From: Macrostomum lignano
Taxonomy: Eukaryota
Assembly (NCBI GenBank): GCA_002269645.1
Contig: NIVC01000217.1
Location: forward strand, 434,001 to 498,000
DNA: 64,000 bases
Direction: 5' to 3'
Positions 50,181 through 62,025 of this stretch are shown piece after piece; position 1 is the first letter of the stretch, and each line of letters starts with the position of its first letter. Below the pieces are notes generated by a model that saw only the letters and a list, made by a program, of their open reading frames with translations, had not been told where the DNA came from and searched no databases. A program made the translations under genes and the position numbers.

Positions 50181-51009
50181 TCAGCCACGCTGGTAGAGAG
50201 TCCAGTCAGGTCCGGTCAGGCTGGCTGGCGGGTAGACGAACGCCAGCAGGTGGCAGGCGAGCAGCCGCTTGGAGAAAACGGCGGCCTGGCAGTCGGCTCT
50301 GGCGCTGCACTGGAGCAGGCAGTCGGCGTCAGACTGGGCAGCGGCGGGCCAGACGGAAGTCGATTCGGATGTCACCGGAGGGCTGGACTGTCGCACCACC
50401 GTGTAGGTGTTCCTGTCTGACACTGTTTAATTTGAAGTCAGAATTTGTTTAGCATTTTGATAGTTCTGTACCCAGCAACTGCCAACCCGCTATCTGATGA
50501 TGTCATTGGTGATTTTGATGCTAGACTTCATAGACTCTATTCCGTAAATTGATATTGACATTTTGATGATTCTTTGATAGATTTGATGATTTGAGCAACT
50601 TACCGAGATATGTCAGAGCAAACACCGAGTTTCGCCGCGACCCGCCGCAATTCTGCAGCGTATTTCCTGGACACGAGTAGTGGCAGTCGGTCTTGTTGGC
50701 TTTACCATAGGAACCGAACGAGTTGCCGCAAAAGCACTGTCTGCGGCTCTGCAGGCCGAAGTACGCAAAGCTGCCTAACGAGCAGATGCCGCTGCAAAAC
50801 TCGTGCGTTGTCTCACTACCGGTTTGCACGAAGCCGTCAGCAGCCACGCTAAATTCGCCGAACGTGCAGCTGGCGTTGAGACCGTTCAAATCTCTAGCAC
50901 TGATTCTGTCCACATAGCAGCCCAGGTAAGAAAATTGAACGGATCTGCCAGCAACGTTGGTGGTGAGAAGAGCGGCAAAGAAAATAAGTGGCAGTTTCGG
51001 GCGAACCAT
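50181..51009 (-). CDS. Secreted WSC + PAN/Apple domain protein, copy 1 (about 213 aa)
   Basis: Exons 51009-50604 and 50416-50181, phase-1 GT-AG intron. Hydrophobic signal peptide; WSC YLGCYVD...HEFCSGIC...YFGLQ..QCFCG...C...C.GN..QNCGG..RNSVF; PAN DCLLQC...DCQAAVFS....CHLL. Confidence 0.85.
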
Positions 51010-51944
51010 ATCTCTGAACACTGGGTGATTTGGTGATTAGAAGGTATCTTAGGGAAGTTGACATGTGCAGCTCACAGTTTTTTTGGTCCTACATTTGCTT
51101 CTTTGGATCCAATAGTATTGAGTCAATTTTTCACAATGGCAAATTTCTTTCAACCAATAGAGGTTTAAGAGAACTTTCTCATTGGCCATATTTGATACGA
51201 AGAAATTTACTTATGTAGTGAGCCAATAGATTAGCCTGCTAGGTGAATCGGTAGTTGAACTCAAATTTGTGCGAAAATATGTTATTAGTGACGAAACGTA
51301 ACAGGAAAACAACAAACAAACGACGAAGGAGGAGTTAAAATGAGTCTAATAGCTTTAGTCACTTGGACGACAGTGTCCGACAGTTATATTTACAGCTAAT
51401 AGTACTCAATACAATACATGATGTTGCCAAACACATAATTTTGATATACTTACATGTATACCTTAGAAAGTCGAAATGCGACTCATCCCTTTTAAATATC
51501 TCGTCCAGGGCCCCCTAGTTCGATTGGATGATCAATGAGTACTGATCAAGAAGAGTTTGTTTGTTTGCTTGCACTTGTTGAGCAGCTTCTTTTTGAGCAT
51601 GCAAAGGTTCGAAGCCTTAAACTATCTGTCCGCTTTTTCCCTCTCATTGATTGTTCTCGGCTTTAAAAGGGAGTTTTTTACCTATTTATAACGTAAAATG
51701 ATTCCCGTGACAGCCTTTCGCCATTTTCCGTGTCCTTTTTCAAACGCAGTAAGAATGTTTCACAGGAGTTATTACCTAAAACTACTTCCGGTAAAGCTCC
51801 TCAGACTACAAGTACGGACTCCCATAGGCTTGTTTCGGTCAGGCGCTTAATCCGAGCAACTCCTTTCGTTCTGACTAAGCTTCCATTTGATCCACTGTTG
51901 ATCACACTTCTGAAAAATTCTGCTTAGAAACTAAAAAACATTTG

Positions 51945-52460
51945 CTCCCAACGCCATTCTCACCACTCGGATCAACCAGTGGGTGGCTTCAAAGCACAGG
52001 GAGAGGTGGACTAACGCGCCCGACTGCCGGCAATTCCGCGCGGCTTTCCCCTGTCCTTCCTCCGCCCTGCGCAAGGCCCTGCTTGGACTCAACCGCAGGG
52101 ACATCAGGGTGGTGACCATGGCCCTCTCGGGTCATGGATGTTTTGCTAGGCATCGTTACCTCAAGGGGAAAATCCGTAGCGAGAAATTCCCCTTCTGCCT
52201 CTGCGGTGCCTCTCCGGTGAATGCGGAGCACTTAACCTGAGAATGCCCCGCCTTTACTCAGGACAGGCTCACCTACCTCGGCCCAAACCCGGACCTCTCC
52301 GACGTTTTCAGGCCCGACAATCTCTGCCAGCTCGTCCGCTACCTAAGGGCTACCGGACGAGCGACTATTCATCTCCTGGACTCTCCGGAGGGGGACCGCG
52401 CTGCGGACACCGGCACCACCGGATCTCCCTGCGCGGTACAATGGACGGTAACGTCTCCTC
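51945..52460 (+). mobile_element. 5'-truncated non-LTR retrotransposon (Loa/I-like) ORF2 C-terminus with zinc knuckle; decayed
   Basis: [27 protein letters not shown]...[18 protein letters not shown] resembles the post-RNase H CCHC region of Loa/I/R1-type LINEs; it contains an in-frame stop. Confidence 0.7.
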
Positions 52461-52984
52461 GCTGCATCCGATAACTGCACGATGTGCGGACTTCCACAGG
52501 CACAACAGACCTGAAGGAACTGGTGGCAGGGCCAAACTACATCCCAAGCTTCAGCTTAGAACGAACTCATGAACAGGACGTTGAGTTAGGCGCCGAGCAA
52601 GCTTAAAATTAGCCTAGATTTTAAAAAGACACTGCTAACTTTGCGTAGAGCCTTAAATGCGAGCGTAAAATAACGAAAAACACAACATAAAAATTTCTTA
52701 AATTCATAAACTTTGATTATATACCCACTTTCAGTGATCTTTGTCCTCATTATTAATCATCCGGATCGTTTGATAGCAGAGCAATGAACTGACTACTGAC
52801 TAACAACGACCATTGCTACTGTGACTGCTAAAGTAGTAAGTGCTGATCATACTTCAAATAGGTTTCATTTTCAAGATCCTGTGATGCCATGCACTTTGTA
52901 ACTCAGAGTTTATTTTAGCAACATTATTGTCCAAAGTTAGTTCGAATGTCTAAAACTCAAGCTCAAAACTCTAACATGAGGCCA

Positions 52985-53719
52985 TCAGGCGCGGGGGTAG
53001 AACTCCCCAGTCACGTTGGCTAGAGACGGCGGCACTCCAGCAAACGGCAGCAGGTAGCACAGGCGCTGATGCTGCGAGAACACCACAGCCTGACATTCGT
53101 TGGTTGAGGTGCACTCAATCAGGCAGCTGACCAGCTGCTCAGATTTGATGCTGCGGTAAGCTGGTCGAGGGAAAGAATCTCCGACAGTGAAGCTGGCGCG
53201 ATCCACAGGGATGTTGAAGCTTTTCATTGCTGAAAATTGATAGGAGCCATGACTTTTGTGCAGTGTTCTGGTAGTATTTAAAAAAATAAAGAGTCACTCA
53301 CACAAATACGTCTGAGAGTAGACAGAGTTTCGATTTCGACTGCCGCAGATCTCGCTTGGTTGACCGGCGCAGGTCATGTTGCATTCGGCTTGGTTGGCCG
53401 CTCCTTGGGAGCCGTACGACAGCCCGCAGTAGCACTCCTTGCCGAACTGCAGGCCGAAGTACGGGAAGCCGCCCAGAGAGCAGATGCGGCTGCACAGCTC
53501 CAGCGTCATGGACATCAAGGAGACGCAGCCGATGGAGAGCATGGAGAACTCGGCCAGGCTCTGCACTCCCCGCAGTCCGTGAAGGTCCCTAGTATCGTTC
53601 GTCGCGTCCACGTAGCATCCGCGATACTCAAAACGGGCGAGTCTCCCAGTAGCGCCCAGAAGCAAGAGGCTCAGGAACAGTGCCACAAAGATCAGTTGCC
53701 AGTTTCTCAATGCCTTCAT
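52985..53719 (-). CDS. Secreted WSC + PAN/Apple domain protein, copy 2 (about 220 aa)
   Basis: Exons 53719-53302 and 53229-52985, 72-nt phase-1 intron. Signal peptide, WSC (MTLELCSRIC...YFGLQFGKECYCG) and PAN (SCLIECTSTNECQAVVFS...CYLL). Confidence 0.85.
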
Positions 53720-54844
53720 GGTCTCCAGTGACAAGCAGCAGCGCTGAGTTTTGTGCTGTTTTTCCGGAAAAGCTTCTGTCAAATCAGCTCGGCTATGATC
53801 AAGCGAATTTATCCCCAAAAGCCGAATGAGTGAAGTGCAGGACACGGTAAACAATTCAAGCTAACTGGCTGAGTTTGCGAAAGGCGATGGATGGATAGAA
53901 AATTCCGATAATGAAAAGCAAATAGTTCCAATCAACTCAACCTGACGTATATGCTAATGAAAGACTGATTAAAATATCTGCTGTATATTTGTAGTTGAGA
54001 GGCCTAAAAGCCAGAGTTGTGGAACCCACTCTATCAGCTCGAATGCTTGCTTCACACGTGTGTCAATAAATTCTCATGTGCCAGGACCTGATGCTAATGA
54101 ATATTAAGTGTGGCAGTCATCGCACTTAACTGATGTACAGAAAAAAATAATGTTGTACGATCCCCGATTCGCCTAAAAGCAAATTTGAATGAAAGGTCGC
54201 TTAATTTGCACGAGTAAGTATAAAATGGGCCTCGAGTATTCAGACTATGAAGTCGCCGATGGGACACAGAGAGGCATGTCCCACCCCAGTAAAAGCTGTG
54301 GGGATCATGCTAATACTTTATTGACCGAAAACAACCTCTTAAACTTACACAGCCTAACGGAAATCTAACAACATTTTAGCACGGGGAGCCAAAAGCATCA
54401 AAGAAGTATTGAACGCTGTAGCAATCTGGCCTATAATGTATGATGCGGCAGCGGTAGGCCGGACTGAGGTTCTTGAAGGCGTCACTGAAGTCACTCAACA
54501 ATCGGACTGCTTCACCGCTATGAGGGTGCTTCTGTATGAGACTGTTTTTTTACCTGTAGTGGTGAGGTTCAATAGGTCATTCATTGTAGTTACTGTAGTT
54601 AGTTGACTTTACATGTGTATTTAAGCCAAAGGTCAACTTGGTCAAAACGCGTCAGTTACTTGATCTATATCAGTTGTCGGATTTTATTTGTAGTGTCAAA
54701 AGAATACACGTTTAAGTGAGAAAGTACTCTGAAACTCGCCTATCTGTTCTGTGTACCCTCGTAAATGAAGAGATTGGATGCATGACACTAAACGTTTCGC
54801 ATTAAAGACAAACAAATGGATTTGACCTGGGTGACGTCTGAGGA

Positions 54845-55155
54845 TTCTTTGACTTGACTTAATTGAGTCAGCTGCGAGGGTTCCGGGCATCCGGATGCAG
54901 CGAGGAGGCGCTGCCGCACATTCCGCTTACCCCTGGCGACCACGGGCAGCTGGTGCTGCGGTGTCGCGCAGGGAGATCCGGTAGTGCCGGTGTTCGCAGC
55001 GCGGTCCTCCTCCGGCGAGTCCAAGAAGTGGATTGTCACTCGCCCGGTAGCCCTTAGGTAGCGGACTAGCTGGCAGAGATTGTCGGGCCTGAAAACGTCG
55101 AAGAGGTTCGGGTTTGGGCCGAGGTAGGTGAGCGTGTCTTCGGTGAATGCGCCGC
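54845..55155 (-). mobile_element. Second 3' fragment of the same LINE family, ending in an (AAGTC)n tail
   Basis: The reverse complement closely matches 52255-52435 (ctcacctacctcggcccaaacccg...ggatctccctgcgcg) and ends in aagtcaagtcaa. Confidence 0.75.
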
Positions 55156-55249
55156 TGTGAACTCTAACCTAAACCATAATCCTAATCGTAGAGTTACATC
55201 TATAGACAAGTGCATAATTATATCGGGTTACTCATGAAAAGTGATCTGT

Positions 55250-55600
55250 AAATGGGTCGCCATCATAAACCCGAAATATCACAAATCCGAAATATCACTA
55301 AACCGAAATATCACTAACCCGAAATATCACTAACCCGAAATATCGCTAACTCGAAATATAACCCCAAAATTACTAGCAGGGCCCATCACCAACCCAAAAT
55401 ATCATAACTCTGAAAACCAGAATAGTATTGGGCATTGCTTGAACTTTCGGAGTTATAATATTTCGGGTTTGTGATATTTAGAGTTTATGATGTGCGTTGC
55501 TATTTGTTTTTCGTAGTTAATAATATTTTTGGTTTATGATGAAAAGCGCTTTTCGGAGTTGTGAATTTTCCTGTTTGTGATGCCCCCTGTAAAATATGAC
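55250..55600. mobile_element. Element with a tandem ccgaaatatcactaac arm and an inverted arm
   Basis: Left arm (ccgaaatatcac)n; right arm atatttcgggtttgtgatattt; termini catcataaac / gtttgtgatg. Confidence 0.5.
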
Positions 55601-57406
55601 TGTTGTAGTCATCGTATGTCCTTGAAATTTAAGCAAAAAGAACCCATGAGTACATGAACAATTGCTTCTTTTGCTTAAGTTTCGTGACTATCTCTAAGAC
55701 AAGTTTTGTGCGGAAGCAGTGGAAATTTGTCTATGGGTATTTGTCTTTATGAAACTGTCTATAGAAATTTGTCCAGGGGTAGTTATTTGTCCATAGGCCT
55801 TTGTCTATTAGTATTTGTCTGTATGCAATTGTCTATGGAAATTTGTCTATGGGTGATGTTCATATGTTACTGTGGCTTTTCCTCTTTGCGCCTACCAAAA
55901 CTGAACAAATGGAATGAAGGCAGTCAGACAGGTAAATATACTCATTCAACTTGGTCCATCTAGGCTCCATTTTTTTATCGCTAAATATTACATTACCTAT
56001 AGTAGTCTAAACAAGAAATGGTTTTCTAAAAATATTTTACTACTTCACAGACCAGGGAGTTCTTCCATTGACTCAGCTATTTATCTGTAGCTGCAGTCTA
56101 TCGAGTCAAGTAAGTGAATCGATTGAGGCGGCAATCAATGAAATGGGATTTTCTCTTTTTTCCAATTTCAAATTTCAAGGTCTTCCCACTTTCAGCTCAG
56201 CTCCTGACGTCTGTCTCTGAGACAGCAAAAACCTCTGAACTTCGGTGACTGTCGTGCGAGACAGGTTGGTCGTGCGATTCACACCAACGATAGGAAGGTC
56301 GGGGCCGCTTGTACACCTTGTGTGAGCGTGAGTATGAGTGCGTGTCTGCGTACAGTATTGATGCGTTTGTAAGCGCTCAGGAGACAGCGGAATGAGCAGA
56401 ATTGTCGTCAGAGCAGCTTGCGGGACAATGTCTCCGAAGGCGCTGCGCCAGAATGTCCACGGCTATCCTGCAAATGTTTTTTAGCTGCAGCTTGCTTCGA
56501 GAAACAGAATTTTCGAGCTACTCTTTGACAACCTATTTAAACAAAGGTTAGTTGACAAACTGCAAAGAGGTGATGCTTTTGATGCTTAAGTCTCACGATC
56601 TTAAGAAGGCTGCTCACTGCTGATTACACTCCGGAAACTGATTGACAGCAGAAAACTCTAAAGCACTACTTCACAATTCAAAGCAATTCTCAATTCCAGA
56701 GTCAAGTATCCATGTTACTAGATTATTGTTATAAAATAATTCAATTGAGCATTCTCAATTGATTCGAATTAAAAGCTGAATTGAGTGAAATCGATTACCT
56801 AACTGACGTTCGAATTTAACAGCAGTGAAATTATTGTTTCGAGGCATGGACTCCTAGATTCTCCTAGGTGCTTAAATATAGTCCTCCATGTTCTAGGGCG
56901 CACTTGTTGAACCCGGCTTTCGGAGGAACAAAAAATTCCTAGTGAAATTAAATGGGCCGGTGTTTCGTCTGTCAGGCTGGAAGAAAAACAACCACCGGGG
57001 CCAGGGACCAACCACACTAATTAACTGGAATTGACCTCTACTTACACCCCTAAGCATATCTTATGCAGTTAGAAAATTGGTCAATATTTAATTTTTGAAA
57101 AATCCCAACGTAGATGGGCACAGGCAAACAAAACAGCACACTGGAAAGTCCACCGGTTAATTAATTAACAATTATTTTAGGTAAAATATGCAGAAACTGA
57201 CTCTGTAGAAGCTTTGGATCCAACAAACGCCGTTTTACTTAAATATGCACTGATCAAACACAGAACGCCAAAAAGCATTTTCCACCTGACTCTTGTCGAG
57301 TGGTGTGTTTCCGTATTGGTTGGTGAAAAACTCAAGCAAGCTGAAAGGGACTAGTGGCGCTTTGGAATGTTAGATTGATCGAAAACGAGACTGTTTCAAA
57401 GCGAGC

Positions 57407-58125
57407 TCAGCCGCGCTCAAAGAAGTCTCCATCGGTGCTGCTCAGACTGGCAGGCGGGTAGGCGAATCTCAGCAAGTGGCACAGGCGCTGCTGGCCAGAG
57501 TAAATCACAGCCTGGCAGTCAGCTGAGGCCTCGCACAGCCCCATGCACTCGACGTCGGATCGGGTAGCGCTGGTCCAATAAGTGCTCTGGGTGGACTCCA
57601 CCGTCTGGTTGGGCCTCTGCGACGGCTCAAAATACTTACTATCTACAAAATGTACATAAGATTTTACAAAATTGGCCGAACTTTGGTTTGAAAAGCCCAA
57701 CAAAATGTCGTAATGAAGAAGGCAGACTCACTTGGATAGGTCAAAGCAAACACAGAGTTGCGCCACGTGCCACCGCATTTAGAAGCTCCGTTTCCAGCGC
57801 AGACGCGGTTGCAGTCGCTCTCGCTAGCAGCTCCCAGAGATCCGTAGGAGGTGCCGCAGAAGCACTCTCTACCGATTTGCACACCGAAGTACGGGAAGCC
57901 GCCCAGAGAGCAGAGGCTGCTGCAGAGCTCGTGCGTCATATTAGCACTGCTCAGCATGAGGCGGCCGGTGTTGAAATGCCCGATTCTGCTTACTCCGGTG
58001 AGTCCTCTCAGGTCTCGGCCTCCGTTGTCCACAAAGCAGCCAATGTAGGACACCTGAGTTACCCTACGGGCAGCACAAAGCACTGGGACGGCGAGACCCA
58101 CAATGCAGACGATTGTTTTGAGCAT
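57407..58125 (-). CDS. Secreted WSC + PAN/Apple domain protein, copy 3 (about 209 aa)
   Basis: Exons 58125-57732 and 57642-57407, 89-nt phase-1 intron. Signal peptide, WSC (MTHELCSSLC...YFGVQIGRECFCG) and PAN (ECMGLCEASADCQAVIYS...CHLL). Confidence 0.85.
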
Positions 58126-58439
58126 AGTTACTTGGGTAGATGGGATTTCAGTTCTCCTGTTGCTCATAGGAGCGTAGGAAGAGATGAAAACTGCAGTGCT
58201 TGCTTTTATACCGATTTTTAAAAATGATCTGGTTGGATAAAAACCAGTGCACTAATGAGCGCAATGCATTAGTTCCAGTAGCTTATGTAGCTTCTAAGAG
58301 TAATTTTAACTTTACTTGATGATATTTTCTGAGCAGCCAGCTGCTCCCAGACTCTAATTTAGATGCCAGCAAATAAAAAACAATTCTCATTTAATGTTTG
58401 CTTTCTCGAAATGCTTATTCAAGAAACCAACTCCCACTG

Positions 58440-59455
58440 TAAAGACCCTGTTGCTAAAGTCCCTGTTGCTAAAGACCCTGTTGCTAAAGCCCCTGGTACT
58501 AAAGATCCCGACGCTAAAGCCCCGTTGCTAAAGATCCTGACGCTAAAGCCCCTTTTGCTAAAAACCCTGGCGCTGAAGCCCCTGTTTCTAAAGACCCTGG
58601 CGCTAAAGCCCCTGTTGTTAAGACCTGGCGCTAAAGCCCCTGTTGCTAAAGACCCTGACGCTAAAGCCCCTGGTACTAAAGATCCTGACGCTAAAGCCCC
58701 GTTGATAAAGATCCTGGCGCTAAAGCCACTGTTGCCAAAGATCCTGGCGCTAAAACCCCGTTGCCAAAGATCCTGGCGCTAAAGCCCCTGCTGCTAAAGA
58801 CCCTGGCGCTAAAGCCCCTGTTTCTAAAGACCCTGGCGCTAAAGCCCCTGTTGCTAAAGACTCTGGCGCCAAAGCCCCATTGATAAAGATCCTGGCGCTA
58901 AAGCCCCTGTTGCCAAAGATCCTGGCGCTAAAACCCTGTTGCTAAAGATCCTGGCGCTAAAGCCCCTGTTTCTAAAGACCCTGACGCTAAAGCCCCTGGT
59001 ACTAAAGAACCTGGCGCTAAAGCCCCTGTTTCTAAAGATCCTGGCGCTAAAGCCCCTGTTGCCAAAGATCCTGGCGCTAAAACCCTGTTGCTAAAGATCC
59101 TGGCGCTAAAGCCCCTGTTTCTAAAGACCCTGGCGCTAAAGCCCCTGGTACTAAAGAACCTGGCGCTAAAGCCCCTGTTTCTAAAGACCCTGGCGCTAAA
59201 GCCCCTGTTTCTAAAGACCCTGGCGCTAAAGCCCCTGTTTCTAAAGACCCTGGCGCTAAAGCCCCTGTTTCTAAATACCCTGGCGCTAAAGCCCCTGTTG
59301 CTAAGGCCCCTGGCGCTAAAGCCCCTGTTGCTAAGGCCCCTGACGCTAAAGCCCCTGTTGCTAAGGTCCCTGGCACTAAAGCCCCTGTTGCTAAGGTCCC
59401 TGGCGCTAAAGCCCCTGTTGCTAAAGACCTAGGTGCTAAAGCCCCTGTTGCTGAG
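58440..59455. repeat. 30-bp minisatellite (ctaaagcccctgttgctaaagaccctggcg) with internal 15-bp periodicity
   Basis: Direct reading. Confidence 0.92.
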
Positions 59456-59675
59456 GCATTTTTGAATTAATCCAATAATTTTTCGATCGGGTACGCCAGA
59501 AGTTCGGCTCTGCTCACGGTACGGGCAATAAGTTACTAAGTAAACATAATTTACGTAAGCTTCTAGTTGTCCACGGGCTTGGCTATCTTGAAAAGAAAAG
59601 AGTCGAAGGTCAGCGGCGGAATGAACACCCAGTCAGGGAGATAGATATATTTACGTCAATTCAAACTTAATTACG

Positions 59676-59720
<45 letters not shown>

Positions 59721-60285
59721 AACAAAGGCCGGGTAAAAAAGTATCTTAGCTTACTATGGTGCAAGTCAACCACTTTGTACTGAGCACTGTCAATAAGACT
59801 TCAATTCCGGATCACCCATTGAACATAATGCGTAGCTCGCAGGCTACCATTTTCTTGATTTCTTCAAGTGCAAGTCAGGGGCAGCGAGTAATAATAACGA
59901 TAGAAAGTTAGAGTGCTACTTTACACTAACAAAACCACGGCAGGACGAAGAGAGGGCCCGTCAGAGGGTAATAACAGAGGAGAAAACAAAAATGACAGCA
60001 AACGATATCGAGACACGTTCAAGTCTCAACGTCAGCCAAAACCGACTCACAACATATGCAACTGACCAGTTAAGTATGTAGAAAAATGATAGAGCTGCCT
60101 AAAAGGCACTAGATTAGTCAGAATGCTATCTACTAAGATTTTCATATTTCGCCAATACATTGAATCATGTCTTAGATTTCTCAATCAAAAAAGGTGAAAA
60201 TATTATTTTCCAGAATTCAATTTTTCAAGGATTGACAGTACTTGCATCATCTGCTGCCATCCAGTTTCCATGCAGTGTCCCGCGT

Positions 60286-61024
60286 TTAGCCACGCTGGTA
60301 GAGAGTCCAGTCGGGTCCGGTCAGGCTGGCTGGTGGGTAAGCGAACGCCAGCAGGTGGCAGGCGAGCAGCCGCTTGGAGAAAACGGCGGCCTGGCAGTCG
60401 GCTCTGGCGCTGCACTGGAGCAGGCAGTCAGCGTCAGAATGGGCAGCGGTGGGCCAGACAGATGTCTTTGAAGATGTTATCGTGGGCTCGGACTGCTGCG
60501 CTACCACGTACGTGTTTTTATCTGAAAATTTATTGTAGATACGACGCGATTTTGTCATCTTTTAAGAAAAACAAAGCCTATAGCAGCATGGAACCCGTGA
60601 TATCTCTAAACACAAGTAACTCACCAGTTCTCAGAGCGAACACCGAGTTTCTCTTGGACCCTCCGCACTTCTGCAGAGAGTTTCCTCTGCACATGTGGCT
60701 GCAGTCACTTTCACTGGCTTTGCCGTAGTGTCCATAAGAGTGACTGCAGAAGCACTCTATCCTATTCTGGAGTCCGAAGTACGGAAAGCTTCCCAGAGAG
60801 CAGATGGCGCCGCAGAACTCGTGCGAAGCTTCACCCCCAGTGTTTACTAATCCGCCTGATAAGACGGTGAAGTCTCCAATTGAGCTCATTTCTTCGAGCC
60901 CGTTTAAGTCTCTTGACGCAGTCCTGTCGATGTAGCAACCCAAGTAGGTAAAGCGAGCCAACCCACAAGTCACTGTGATCAGGAAGGCACAGTAGAATAT
61001 GAAAATTGCTGTTGAGTGCGGCAT
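60286..61024 (-). CDS. Secreted WSC + PAN/Apple domain protein, copy 4 (about 211 aa)
   Basis: Exons 61024-60625 and 60521-60286, phase-1 intron. Signal peptide and WSC; the PAN region is nearly identical to that of copy 1. Confidence 0.85.
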
Positions 61025-61371
61025 GACAAAATTTCGATGAGTTCACTGCTGGAGAATGACGTATTCACTTGATTGGAAATCAGTGGCAAGCAAACATGCC
61101 GTTTTTTAGGCCTAAATGTACAGTATTAGTGCCGGAACTGCAGCTGGTCCAATGAAATCTGTCAAAATTTCAGCAACGAAAAAAAATTGTAGCAGGAGTT
61201 ACCTTAATTCTTTCTTTCCAGAGAACGCATATAGCTGAATGGGGTTTTAGCCATAGACAAATTCGGTAGGATAAAATCCCACGCTAGAAAAATCTGATTT
61301 GGCGAGTGCATACCCCAAATACTAAATACTAAATAGGTATTTCGTATCTGTGGTGCATACTCCAGGTCATT

Positions 61372-62025
61372 TCTAAGAAATCAAGCCTTGCGTCATTTCT
61401 AAGAAAATCAAGCCTTGCGTCATTTCTGAGAAAATCAAGCCTTGCGTCATTACTAAGAAATCAAACCTTGCGTCATTTCTAAGAAATCAAGCCTGCGGCA
61501 TTTCTAAGAAAATCAAGCCTTGCGTCATTTCTGAGAAAATCAAGCCTTGCGTCATTTCTAAGAAAATCAAGCCTTGCGTCATTTCTAAGAAAATCAAGCC
61601 TTGCGTCATTTCTAAGAAATCAAGCCTTGCGTCATTTCTAAGAAAATCAAGCCTTGCGTCATTTCTAAGAAATCAAGCCTTGCGTCATTTCTAAGAAATC
61701 AAGCCTTGCGTCATTTCTAAGAAAATCAAGCCTTGCGTCATTACTAAGAAATCAAACCTTGCGTCATTTCTAAGAAATCAAGCCTGCGGCATTTCTAAGA
61801 AAATCAAGCCTTGCGTCATTTCTATGAAATCAAGCCTTGCGTCATTTCTAAGAAAATCAAGCCTTGCGGCATTTCTAAGAAATCAAGCCTTGCGTCATTT
61901 CTAAGAAATCAAGCCTTGCGTCATTTCTAAGAAATCAAGCCTTGCGTCATTTCTAAGAAATCAAGCCTTGCGTCATTTCTAAGAAATCAAGCCTTGCGTC
62001 ATTTCTAAGAAATCAAGCCTTGCGC
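61372..62025. repeat. 26/27-bp minisatellite (gtcatttctaagaaa[a]tcaagccttgc)
   Basis: Direct reading; there are no unique spacers between units. Confidence 0.92.

Noticed and set aside
61372-62025. CRISPR-like regular 26-27 bp repeats (also 42020-43300 and 24070-24500)
   Set aside because: Units are head-to-tail with no unique spacers, there are no cas genes, and the context is eukaryotic.
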